From: an uncultured Gammaproteobacteria bacterium
GTDB lineage: Bacteria > Patescibacteriota > Patescibacteriia > Patescibacteriales > UBA12465
NCBI GenBank assembly: GCA_964475575.1
Contig: CAYYXD010000002.1
Span: 1-38,149, forward strand
DNA length: 38,149 nt
Direction of reading: 5' to 3'
Under the pieces are notes generated by a model that saw only the letters and a program-made list of their open reading frames with translations, made no database searches and was not told where the DNA came from. The translations under genes were made by a program, and so were the position numbers. This document shows, one piece after another, positions 16,599 through 25,516 of this stretch (its first letter is position 1; every line of letters begins with the position of its first letter).

Positions 16599-19325
16599 AT
16601 GGGATTTTGGAATAAGATATTGGGTGATCCGAATTTGAAGATTATTAAATCCATTCAACCGATAGTTGATAAGATTAATTCTTTAGAGGAAGATTTTATT
16701 AAAAAAAGTGACTCCGATTTAAAAGAGATGACTTTTGAATTTAAGAAACAATTAGATGTTTTATCTGATTTTGAAGAACAACAAAAAAAATTAGATGAAA
16801 TTTTACCTATGGCTTTTGCTAATATTAGAGAAGCTTCTAAAAGAATTTTAGGTCAAAGACATTATGACGTTCAATTGATTGGAGGAATAATATTACATCG
16901 TGGCCAGATAGCTGAAATGAAAACCGGTGAAGGTAAAACTTTAGTAGCCACCCTCCCTTTATATCTTAATGCTTTATTAGGTAAAGGAGTTCATTTAGTT
17001 ACTGTTAATGATTATTTATCTCGAGTAGGTGCTGGTTGGATGGCTCCCGTTTATCATGCTTTAGGACTTTCAACTGGAGTTATTATTCATGATAAAGCTT
17101 TTGTTTATGACCCAGAAGTTGATAATGAAGAAGAATATGATTCTCGTTTAAAACCATTTAAGGTAGTAAGTCGTAAAGAAGCTTATGATTGTGATATAAC
17201 TTATGGAACTAATAATGAATTTGGTTTTGATTATTTACGGGATAATATGGTTTCTGATCTTTCTAAAATGGTTCAACGTGATTTCTATTATTCTATAGTT
17301 GATGAAGTTGACTCTATTTTAATTGATGAAGCTCGAACTCCTTTGATTATAAGTGCACCAGCTGAAGAATCAAGTGATCGTTATGCTAAATTTGCTCAAT
17401 TAGTTAGACAATTAAAAGAAGATGAAGACTATAATGTAGATGAAAAAATGAGAGCAGCTACTTTAACTGAATCTGGTATTGGAAAAATGGAAAAGCTTTT
17501 AGGAGTTGAAAATATTTATGTAGCTGGAGGAGTTAAGGATGTTCATAATATTGAGCAAGCTTTAAAAGCTCATGTATTATTTAAACGTGATAAGGATTAT
17601 GTTATTAAAGACGGAGAAGTAATAATTGTTGATGAATTTACTGGTCGTTTAATGCCCGGTCGTCGTTATAGTGAAGGCTTACATCAAGCTATTGAAGCTA
17701 AGGAGGGAGTTATAGTACAAAGAGAATCTCAAACTTTGGCTACAGTTACTTTTCAAAATTATTTTAGAATGTATCCTAAATTAAGTGGTATGACTGGTAC
17801 GGCAGTAACCGAGGCCGAAGAATTCTATAAAATATATAAATTAGAAACAGTAGTTATTCCTACTAACAAACCTAATGTTAGAAAAGACTATAATGATTTA
17901 ATATATAGAACTAGGGAAGGAAAATTTAAAGCTGTAATCGAAGAAGTTAAAAGTCGTAATACTACAGGTCAGCCAATATTAATTGGTACTGTTTCTATTG
18001 AAGATAATGAATTATTAGGTGATATGATGGAAAGAGAGGGTCTTCACCCTAATATTTTAAATGCTAAAAATCATTTTAGAGAAGCAGAAATTATTGCTCA
18101 GGCTGGTCGTTTAGGATCTATTACAGTAGCTACTAATATGGCTGGTAGAGGAGTTGATATTATTTTAGGAGGTAATCCACCAGAAAAAGAAGAACAACAA
18201 AAGGTTTTAGAATTAGGTGGTCTTCATGTTATTGGTACTGAACGACATGAATCACGTCGTATTGATAATCAGCTTAGAGGTCGAGCTGGTCGTCAAGGAG
18301 ATGCCGGTTCTAGCCAATTCTATATATCAGCTGATGATGATTTAATGAGAATATTTGGTGGAGATCGTTTAAAAGGTATAATGAAAACTTTGAATTTGCC
18401 AGAGGATATGCCAATTCAGAATAAAATGGTATCTAATTCTATTGAATCAGCTCAAAAAAGAGTAGAAGGAAATAACTTTGATTTGCGTAAAAATGTAGTT
18501 GAATATGATGATGTGATTAATAAACATCGAGAAGCTATCTATAAAAAAAGACGAGAGATTTTAAATACATATAATAAAGAAAAAAATGGAGAAGAAAGTG
18601 ATAGAAAATTATCTGATATTATTTTAGAAATGGTAAAAACCGAAATAAATCAAGTGGTTGATTTTCATACTTTTTCAGAAAATAAAGCGGAATGGAATTT
18701 GAAGGAAATTTATGAAACAGTTAAAACTATTTTTAATATTAATGAAGAAGAAAAAGAAAAAATTTTAAATGGAATTAAAGGAGAAGATAATCAAAAAGAA
18801 AATTTAAAAAATTATCTTTCATCTTTAGCTGAAAAAAAATATGAGAGTATGAAAGGTGATTTTTCGGGTTTAGATATAAGTTTTATTGAGATTGAAAAAG
18901 GTATATTACTTCGTTCGGTTGATAATTTATGGGTAGAACATTTAGAAACTATAGATTATTTGAGACGAGGTATAGGTTTACGGGGTTATGGACAAAGGGA
19001 TCCTTTAGTAGAATACAAAAAAGAAGCCTATAGATTATATCATGAATTACTTGATTTAATTCAAAAACAAATTGTTTATTCAATATATAAAACTGGAGAT
19101 GTAAGTAATTTCATAGCTCCAAGTATTATTGAAAGAGCTAAAAGATTTTCAGCCCCATTAAAAGAAATGGCTAGACGAATGAGTGATGATGGTCAAAAAC
19201 CAGGAATAGCTACTCTTGATTTGGCTAGAGATAAAGTTAAGGATGAAAAAGGTAATAAGGTTGGTAGAAATGATTTATGTCCTTGTGGTAGTGGTAAGAA
19301 ATTTAAGAAGTGTTGTGGAAAGTAG
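16599..19325 (+). CDS. secA: Preprotein translocase ATPase SecA
   Basis: Walker A MKTGEGKTLV, DEAD-like DEVDSILIDEARTPLIIS, TNMAGRGVDI, and the C-terminal zinc motif CPCGSGKKFKKCCG. Confidence 0.98.
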   Translation: MGFWNKILGDPNLKIIKSIQPIVDKINSLEEDFIKKSDSDLKEMTFEFKKQLDVLSDFEEQQKKLDEILPMAFANIREASKRILGQRHYDVQLIGGIILHRGQIAEMKTGEGKTLVATLPLYLNALLGKGVHLVTVNDYLSRVGAGWMAPVYHALGLSTGVIIHDKAFVYDPEVDNEEEYDSRLKPFKVVSRKEAYDCDITYGTNNEFGFDYLRDNMVSDLSKMVQRDFYYSIVDEVDSILIDEARTPLIISAPAEESSDRYAKFAQLVRQLKEDEDYNVDEKMRAATLTESGIGKMEKLLGVENIYVAGGVKDVHNIEQALKAHVLFKRDKDYVIKDGEVIIVDEFTGRLMPGRRYSEGLHQAIEAKEGVIVQRESQTLATVTFQNYFRMYPKLSGMTGTAVTEAEEFYKIYKLETVVIPTNKPNVRKDYNDLIYRTREGKFKAVIEEVKSRNTTGQPILIGTVSIEDNELLGDMMEREGLHPNILNAKNHFREAEIIAQAGRLGSITVATNMAGRGVDIILGGNPPEKEEQQKVLELGGLHVIGTERHESRRIDNQLRGRAGRQGDAGSSQFYISADDDLMRIFGGDRLKGIMKTLNLPEDMPIQNKMVSNSIESAQKRVEGNNFDLRKNVVEYDDVINKHREAIYKKRREILNTYNKEKNGEESDRKLSDIILEMVKTEINQVVDFHTFSENKAEWNLKEIYETVKTIFNINEEEKEKILNGIKGEDNQKENLKNYLSSLAEKKYESMKGDFSGLDISFIEIEKGILLRSVDNLWVEHLETIDYLRRGIGLRGYGQRDPLVEYKKEAYRLYHELLDLIQKQIVYSIYKTGDVSNFIAPSIIERAKRFSAPLKEMARRMSDDGQKPGIATLDLARDKVKDEKGNKVGRNDLCPCGSGKKFKKCCGK

Positions 19326-19395
19326 TTTATCCAAAATTTACATTAAATTCATTTTAAGTATGTTAGAATATTGTCATAATAATTAATATAAAATT

Positions 19396-19731
19396 ATGAC
19401 TACTAAAAAAGAAAACAATTTGGCTCTTTTTTCCGGACAAGAAATCCGTAGATTTTGGGATGAAAAACAAGAAAAATGGTATTTTTCGGTGGTTGATGTT
19501 GTTACTGTTTTAGCACAGACGGAAAGGTTAAGAAAATATTGGGATGATTTAAAGCGAAAAATAAAAGAAGAAGGTGGCCAGTTGTCCGAAAAAATCGGAC
19601 AACTGAAATTCTTGGCTAAAGATGGTAAATATTATCTATCAGACGCTGCGGATACCAAAACCGTTTTTAGAATTATTCGGTTATTTCTGGAAGAAAATTG
19701 TTATCTGGAAAGAAAAAAAGGTAGGTATTAA
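19396..19731 (+). CDS. Bro-N domain protein, short and probably decayed paralog of the next gene
   Basis: It aligns with the N-terminal ~95 aa of 19742-20566 (LALFSGQEIRRFWDEKQEKWYFSVVDVV vs IALFKGKKIRKTIHNKEWWFVIEDIV, and FRIIR vs FRIIQ). It lacks the SIPSPKAEPFKRWLA block and the whole DinD-like C-terminal half. Confidence 0.55.
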   Translation: MTTKKENNLALFSGQEIRRFWDEKQEKWYFSVVDVVTVLAQTERLRKYWDDLKRKIKEEGGQLSEKIGQLKFLAKDGKYYLSDAADTKTVFRIIRLFLEENCYLERKKGRY

Positions 19732-19741
19732 TTTTAAAATT

Positions 19742-20566
19742 ATGACCAAAGAAATTGAACAAATAGCCCTTTTCAAGGGTAAAAAAATTAGAAAAACTAT
19801 TCATAATAAAGAGTGGTGGTTTGTTATCGAAGATATAGTAGTGGTACTAACAGATTCTATTCAGCCAAAAGGATATATAAAGGACATAAGAAAACGTGAT
19901 AAAATTCTTTCCGAAGGGTGGGGGCAAATTGCCACCCCCCTTTCAATTTTAACTGATGGTGGACTTCAAAAATTAAATTGTGCTAATACTGAAGGAATAT
20001 TCCGTATTATTCAATCAATTCCATCACCCAAAGCCGAACCTTTTAAAAGATGGTTGGCTAAGGTGGGTTATGAAAGAATACAAGAAGTAGAGGATCCGGA
20101 ATTAGCCACTAAAAGAACTAGATTATTATACAAGTTAAAAGGTTATCCTGAAGATTGGATTGAAAAACGGATGCGTGGTATTGCTATTCGTGAAGAATTA
20201 ACTGATGAATGGCAAAAACGTGGAGCTCAAAAGAATAAAGATTATGAAATATTAACGGCAGAAATATCCCAAGCGACTTTTGGTTTGAAACCAAATGAAT
20301 ATAAAAAGGTAAAAGGATTAAAGAATAAAAATTTAAGGGATCATATGAATGATTTTGAATTAATTTTAACAATGCTTGGCGAAAGAACAACAACCGAAAT
20401 TCATCGTAGCGATAATTCTTTAGGTGTGGTAAAATTAAAAGATGATGCTAGAGTTGGGGGTTCAATCGCTGGTTCGGCTAGAAAACAAATAGAGAGGAAA
20501 ATCGGTCGTTCCATTATTTCTAAAAATAATTATTTAAAAAATAATAAAAAGAAGTTAATAAAATAA
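19742..20566 (+). CDS. Bro-N domain / DinD-like (DNA-damage-inducible protein D family) protein
   Basis: N-terminal Bro-N-like block. IPSPKAEPFKRWLAKVGYERI and the C-terminal KGLKNKNLRDHMNDFELILTMLGE...GSARKQIERKIGR resemble E. coli DinD as I recall it. I prefer ATG 19742, because the 19622 extension overlaps the previous gene in another frame. Confidence 0.7.
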   Translation: MTKEIEQIALFKGKKIRKTIHNKEWWFVIEDIVVVLTDSIQPKGYIKDIRKRDKILSEGWGQIATPLSILTDGGLQKLNCANTEGIFRIIQSIPSPKAEPFKRWLAKVGYERIQEVEDPELATKRTRLLYKLKGYPEDWIEKRMRGIAIREELTDEWQKRGAQKNKDYEILTAEISQATFGLKPNEYKKVKGLKNKNLRDHMNDFELILTMLGERTTTEIHRSDNSLGVVKLKDDARVGGSIAGSARKQIERKIGRSIISKNNYLKNNKKKLIK

Positions 20567-20591
20567 TATTAGTTTATTAATTTAAAAAAAT

Positions 20592-21005
20592 ATGGAAACA
20601 ACAAAAAAACTTTATCGATCTAAAACTGATCGTGTTATTCTTGGAGTCTGTGGTGGATTAGGAGAATATTTTGGTATAGATTCTCTTATTATTCGCCTTA
20701 TCTTTGTAGCTTTACTTTTTAGTGGAGCCGGACTTCTAATTTATTTTATTTTTGTTCTTTTAGTTCCTTCTAAAGATGATAAATCAGCTAACGTAATTCA
20801 AAATTCGGTTAAAACAGCTAATGTTAGTGATTGGCGTTTTATTTTCGGAATTATAGTAATTGTTATCGGAGTTTTTATGTTAGCTTCTAACTGTTTGCCA
20901 AATGGCATGGTTTTATTTAAAAATATTTGGAGAAATTTTTGGCCAATAGTTTTGATAGGTTTAGGTGGAATGATTTTATTTAAAAAAAATAATGATAAAA
21001 AATAA
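20592..21005 (+). CDS. PspC domain-containing membrane protein
   Basis: LYRSKTDRVILGVCGGLGEYFGIDSLIIRLIFV is the canonical PspC domain. TM helices follow. Confidence 0.85.
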   Translation: METTKKLYRSKTDRVILGVCGGLGEYFGIDSLIIRLIFVALLFSGAGLLIYFIFVLLVPSKDDKSANVIQNSVKTANVSDWRFIFGIIVIVIGVFMLASNCLPNGMVLFKNIWRNFWPIVLIGLGGMILFKKNNDKK

Positions 21006-21015
21006 TTTTAAAATT

Positions 21016-21672
21016 ATGAAAAACACAAAAGAAGAAAAAGTTATTCTTGAAGCTGATTTTGAAGAGAATAACGATAAAAAAACAAATAATAAAAATTGTG
21101 ATTGTAATTGTGGTGATGATTGTAAATGTTACCAATCTGAGAAAAAAGAGAAAAAGAAATTTAAATCTTTTCACTGTGAAGATTGTAATAATATTTCTGG
21201 AGTCAGATTATTTTTTGGTTTATCCGTTTTTTTATTAGGTATTTTTTACTTAGGTCAAACTTTAAATTGGTGGTCATTTAATTTGGATTGGACTATGATT
21301 TGGCCTGTTTTAATCATATTTTTTGGTTTATCAATAATTGGTGGAAATAAAGCTACTAAATGGTTATTATGGGTTATATTTTTAATTTTTATAACATTAT
21401 TAATTGCAGCTGTCATTTTCTTTTGTAAAAAGGATAACAATGAAACAGGTTATGTAATTAATCAAAATTTATCACATAGTCAGGTTGTATCAAATGCAGA
21501 AGGCGAAAGTATGGGAGAGATAGAAGATACAGAGATTTTAGTAAATCGTTATTTTTCAGGTTCTTTTAATAGAGAAGAAGTTGAGAAAAAAATAACTGAA
21601 GTTTTAGACTTTATTTATAAAGATAAGGAAGATGAAGCTATTGAAATAGGGATAGATATTAGAAGAAAATAG
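21016..21672 (+). CDS. Membrane protein with Cys-rich N-terminus and LiaF/DUF5668-like TM region
   Basis: CDCNCGDDCKCY and HCEDC clusters in the N-terminal tail. The TM block LFFGLSVFLLGIFYLGQTLNWWSFNLDWTMIWPVLIIFFGLSII resembles the LiaI-LiaF-like TM region. The start at 21016 versus 20992 is uncertain. Confidence 0.55.
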   Translation: MKNTKEEKVILEADFEENNDKKTNNKNCDCNCGDDCKCYQSEKKEKKKFKSFHCEDCNNISGVRLFFGLSVFLLGIFYLGQTLNWWSFNLDWTMIWPVLIIFFGLSIIGGNKATKWLLWVIFLIFITLLIAAVIFFCKKDNNETGYVINQNLSHSQVVSNAEGESMGEIEDTEILVNRYFSGSFNREEVEKKITEVLDFIYKDKEDEAIEIGIDIRRK

Positions 21673-21705
21673 ATTTTTAAATAAAATAATAAAAATACTA
21701 ATAAA

Positions 21706-22614
21706 ATGAAATCAATTGAGATAAAAATGTATTTATTAATTCAAAAAATTAGAGAAACATTATTTTTTAGTTTTGACCCGACTATTAGAATGAAGATAGG
21801 GAAGAAGAAGTTATTTATTAATTTATCTCATAAACTTCCGATGCATTATTATAGATATAAAAATTATGACAAAGCTTTACCTAGAATTTGTCAACAATTA
21901 AAGAATATAGATAATTATTTAGGAGTGGTTGATATAGGAGCTAATATTGGTGATACAGTATCTTTAATAAATGATGAAGTGAATGGAAAATTTTTATGTA
22001 TAGAAGGAGATGATAAATTTTTTCCGATTTTAGAGAAAAATGTAAAATTAATCAAAGAACCGAGTTTAGTAAAGATAGAAAAATGTTATTGTGGTGATAA
22101 AGTTGATGATTTTTCAGTGATTAGAGAAAATGGAACAGCTAAAATAGTAAAAAATAAATTAAGTAATAATGATTTATTATCAGTGAAAACATTGGATGAT
22201 ATAATTGATAAAAATATGTCTTTTGGTCCTTTTAATGTTTTAAAAACAGATACTGATGGGTTTGAAATTGATGTTTTAAACGGTGGTAAAAATTTTTTAA
22301 AAGAACATAAACCATTAATATATTTTGAATTTACACCTCAATTATACGCTGCTAATAATCAAAATTATAAAGATATTTTTAATTTATTAAAAGAATGTGG
22401 TTATAAAGAATCTTTATTTTATGATAATTTTGGTGAAGTCATAAAAAAGATAAATATTGATGATTATAATGAAATTGAAGATATGGTAAATAGAATAGAT
22501 GAAAAAAATATATATTATTATGATATATTGATATATAATAAAGATAAAAACGGGTATTCCAAAATATTGGAATCCGAATTAAATTTATTTAAAAATAATG
22601 ACAAGCAAAACTAA
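21706..22614 (+). CDS. FkbM family methyltransferase
   Basis: VVDIGANIGDT and LKTDTDGFEIDVLNG motifs typical of the FkbM family. The stop overlaps the start of the next gene by 17 nt. Confidence 0.8.
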   Translation: MKSIEIKMYLLIQKIRETLFFSFDPTIRMKIGKKKLFINLSHKLPMHYYRYKNYDKALPRICQQLKNIDNYLGVVDIGANIGDTVSLINDEVNGKFLCIEGDDKFFPILEKNVKLIKEPSLVKIEKCYCGDKVDDFSVIRENGTAKIVKNKLSNNDLLSVKTLDDIIDKNMSFGPFNVLKTDTDGFEIDVLNGGKNFLKEHKPLIYFEFTPQLYAANNQNYKDIFNLLKECGYKESLFYDNFGEVIKKINIDDYNEIEDMVNRIDEKNIYYYDILIYNKDKNGYSKILESELNLFKNNDKQN

Positions 22615-23632
22615 ATCAATATTGATTATAAAATTGGATGCTATTGGAGATTATATATTATTTAGAAATTTTTTATCAGAAATAAAAAATAATGGTTATA
22701 GTATAACTTTTTTAGGTAATATAAAGATAAAAGATTTAGCAGAGGGTCTTGATAAGACGATTGTTGATAAGTTTATATGGTTTGATGTTGAAAAAAGAAA
22801 AAATATTTTTTATCTTTTCAAGATCTATTTTAAATTAATAAAAAAATTTAGTATTATTATTCAAGCTTCTTTTTCTAGAAGTTCTATTAGTGACTTTTTA
22901 GTTAAAATATCTAAAAGTAAATTAAAAATAGGTTTTAATGGAGATAATAATAATATTTCTGAAAAATATAAAAAAATAACTGATAAGTGGTATGATAAAT
23001 TAGTTGATATTGATAAAAAAAATGTTTTTGAATTTTATAAAAATAGAGAATTTTTTAGTGTTATCTTAAATAGGGAAATACAAATAAAAAAACCATTTAT
23101 TGATAAAACAATTATTAATTTAAATAAAATATCATTACCTGATAATTTTGTGGTATTATTTTCAGGGGCTTCAGCTGATAAAAGAAAATGGTCCAAAGAT
23201 AATTTTATAAAGATTTCTGAATATTTAATTAATAATTATAAATTTAATATTGTTGTTTGTGGCTCAGGTGAAGACAAAATCAGTTTTGAAAATGAAAAAT
23301 TTTTTGATATGACTGGAAAAACAAATTTAATGCAATTAGTATATATAATTTCAAAATCAAAATTAATTATTTTTAATGATACTAGTGGAGCTCATATTGG
23401 TGCAGCTCTTGATATTCCAACTATTGTTTTATCTCAGTTTAATCATTATGGTCGTTTTTTTCCTTATCCCCCTGAAATCAGTGAAAAAAATATTTGTTTA
23501 ACTCCTGATATTTTTAATAATTTAAGTAAAGAAGAATTAATTGATAAGTTTAAGTTTAATTCTGATATTGATATTTCATCGTTAAGTATTGATAAAGTCA
23601 AAAAAACAATTGATTTAATATTGAAAAAATAA
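22598..23632 (+). CDS. Glycosyltransferase family 9 (heptosyltransferase-like)
   Basis: N-terminal ILIIKLDAIGDYILF and C-terminal NDTSGAHIGAALDIPTIVL match GT9 signatures (compare ILIIRLSALGDV and GNDSGPMHLAAALG). Confidence 0.75.
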   Translation: MTSKTKSILIIKLDAIGDYILFRNFLSEIKNNGYSITFLGNIKIKDLAEGLDKTIVDKFIWFDVEKRKNIFYLFKIYFKLIKKFSIIIQASFSRSSISDFLVKISKSKLKIGFNGDNNNISEKYKKITDKWYDKLVDIDKKNVFEFYKNREFFSVILNREIQIKKPFIDKTIINLNKISLPDNFVVLFSGASADKRKWSKDNFIKISEYLINNYKFNIVVCGSGEDKISFENEKFFDMTGKTNLMQLVYIISKSKLIIFNDTSGAHIGAALDIPTIVLSQFNHYGRFFPYPPEISEKNICLTPDIFNNLSKEELIDKFKFNSDIDISSLSIDKVKKTIDLILKK

Positions 23633-23633
23633 T

Positions 23634-24417
23634 ATGAAAATTTCTGTTATTACTGTATGCTTTAATTCTGAAAAAACTATAGCTCGTACTATTGAGAGTG
23701 TTATTAATCAACATTATTCAGATTTAGAATATATAATAATAGATGGTGGTTCAAAAGATAAAACGGTAGAAATTATAAATAAATATAGAAACGAATTAAG
23801 TTATTTTATAAGTGAACCAGATCAAGGAATAAGTGATGCTTTTAATAAAGGAATAAGAGTCGCAACTGGAGATATTATTGGAATTATAAATAGTGATGAT
23901 TGGTATGAGAACGGTATTTTTAAATTAGTTAATGAAATGTTTTTACAAAATAAAGAAATTGATGTTTTAGTAGGGGCTTTACGTTATTGGGATGATAAAA
24001 AAAAACAATTTTATTGTTTATCCTGATAAAAATTATGAAAAATGTATTAATTATAGAATGCCTTGTCTTAATCATCCAACTGTTTTTGCGAAAGCTGAAG
24101 TTTATCGTTCCGTAGGATTATTTGATTTAAAATATCGTTATGCCATGGATTATGATTTTTTCGTTAGAGTATTTGAAGATGGAAAGAAAATAGTTTTTAT
24201 TGATAAGGTTTTATCTAATATGAGTCTTTCGGGGGCTTCTGATAAAAATGCTAGAAAAGCTTATTTAGAAACATTTCATATAGCTCCTAATAAAATAAAG
24301 TCTTTTATCTTTTTTATATATTCAGTTATAAAGTATTATATTCGTCTTTTTCTTATTTTTATTGGTTTAGATAAGTTGTTATTAAAAATAAGAAAGATAA
24401 AATATTTGAATAAATAA
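23634..24417 (+). pseudogene. Glycosyltransferase family 2, split by a frameshift in an A9 homopolymer
   Basis: ORF 23634-24026 carries the GT2 N-half (ISVITVCFNSEKTI, IIIDGGSKD, INSDD). ORF 23992-24417, in the +1 frame, carries the GT2 C-half (HPTVFAKAEVYRSVGLFDLKYRYAMDYDFFVRV). The two frames meet at A9 (23997-24005), and deleting one A fuses them. Confidence 0.75.
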
Positions 24418-24427
24418 TTTTAAAATA

Positions 24428-25516
24428 ATGAAAATAGGAATAAACTTAATTCAATATATAGATATTCAAGGAATAGAAGTTTTTACCAAAAATTTATTAA
24501 TGGATTTAGTTAAACAAGGATCAGAACATGAGTTTCTTTTTTTTGTTAATCAAGAATCGGCTAAAATATTTGATATTAAAGAACATAATGTCAAGCTTAT
24601 TATTAAGCATTTTAAAAAAATATCTAAAATAAGATTAATATTATATCAACAATTTGGTTTAATTAGAAAATTAAATAAAGAAAAAATTGATTTATTATAT
24701 TGTCCTTCGGTGGCTATACCAATTTTTTATAAAAAGAAAATAGTTACTGTTCATGATTGCGCTTCTTTAAGATTTAAAGACGAAGTTTCTTTAATATCTA
24801 AACTTTATTTGAAATTATCTTTTTGGTCAGTAAAAAATTTTTCTTTAAAAATTGTTACGGTTTCTGAATTTTCTAAATTAGAAATAAATAAATTATTAAA
24901 AATTCCACTAAATAAAATAATTATAATTTCTGAAGGTATTCCGGAATTGGCTAGTGTTAATGAAGATGTTATTAATAAAATTTTAAATAAATTTAATTTA
25001 ATAAATAAAAATTATTTCTTCTATATTGGTAATCAACGTCCAAGAAAGAATATCCAAAATTTATTAAAGGCTTGGAATGATTTTTCTAGTAAAAAAAGTA
25101 ATTATTATTTAATTATGGCTGGTAAGATTAATAATTTAGAAAATTTTAAGATTAATAATATTTATCCCATTGGAATTATTAGTGAGGAAGAAAAAACTTC
25201 TTTGTATAAAATGTCTAAAGCTTTAATTTTTCCATCTTTATATGAGGGTTTCGGTCTACCGGTTTTAGAAGCTCAAAGTCTTGGAGTTCCAGTTATAACT
25301 TCAAATATCAGTTCTTTACCAGAAATCTCAGGGAAAGGAGCAATTTTAGTTGATCCTGGAGACTATAAAGATATTTCGTTGGGTCTAGAAAAAATTAGTA
25401 ATCTAAATTTTAATAGAGAAGAATTAATAAATAAAGGTTATGAAAATTTAAAAAGATTTTCCTGGAGTAAAACAGTCTCAATTTTATTAAAAATTATAAA
25501 AAAATATGATATTTAA
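24428..25516 (+). CDS. Glycosyltransferase family 4 (GT-B fold)
   Basis: E-x7-E region PSLYEGFGLPVLEAQSLGVPVITSNISSLPEI. Confidence 0.85.
   Translation: MKIGINLIQYIDIQGIEVFTKNLLMDLVKQGSEHEFLFFVNQESAKIFDIKEHNVKLIIKHFKKISKIRLILYQQFGLIRKLNKEKIDLLYCPSVAIPIFYKKKIVTVHDCASLRFKDEVSLISKLYLKLSFWSVKNFSLKIVTVSEFSKLEINKLLKIPLNKIIIISEGIPELASVNEDVINKILNKFNLINKNYFFYIGNQRPRKNIQNLLKAWNDFSSKKSNYYLIMAGKINNLENFKINNIYPIGIISEEEKTSLYKMSKALIFPSLYEGFGLPVLEAQSLGVPVITSNISSLPEISGKGAILVDPGDYKDISLGLEKISNLNFNREELINKGYENLKRFSWSKTVSILLKIIKKYDI

Noticed and set aside
19622-19741. 5' extension of the second Bro-N gene, overlapping the first gene by 110 nt
   Set aside because: Homology between the two paralogs starts at MTKEIEQIALFKG (ATG 19742). 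The extension is an out-of-frame read of the first gene.
20184-20393. 69-aa minus-strand ORF inside the Bro-N/DinD-like gene
   Set aside because: It is an antisense shadow ORF with no motif.
20980-21440. Three small ORFs (20980-21174 on -, 21047-21238 on +, 21255-21440 on -) overlapping the Cys-rich membrane protein gene
   Set aside because: All are off-frame or antisense reads of a supported CDS, and their sequences are low-complexity.
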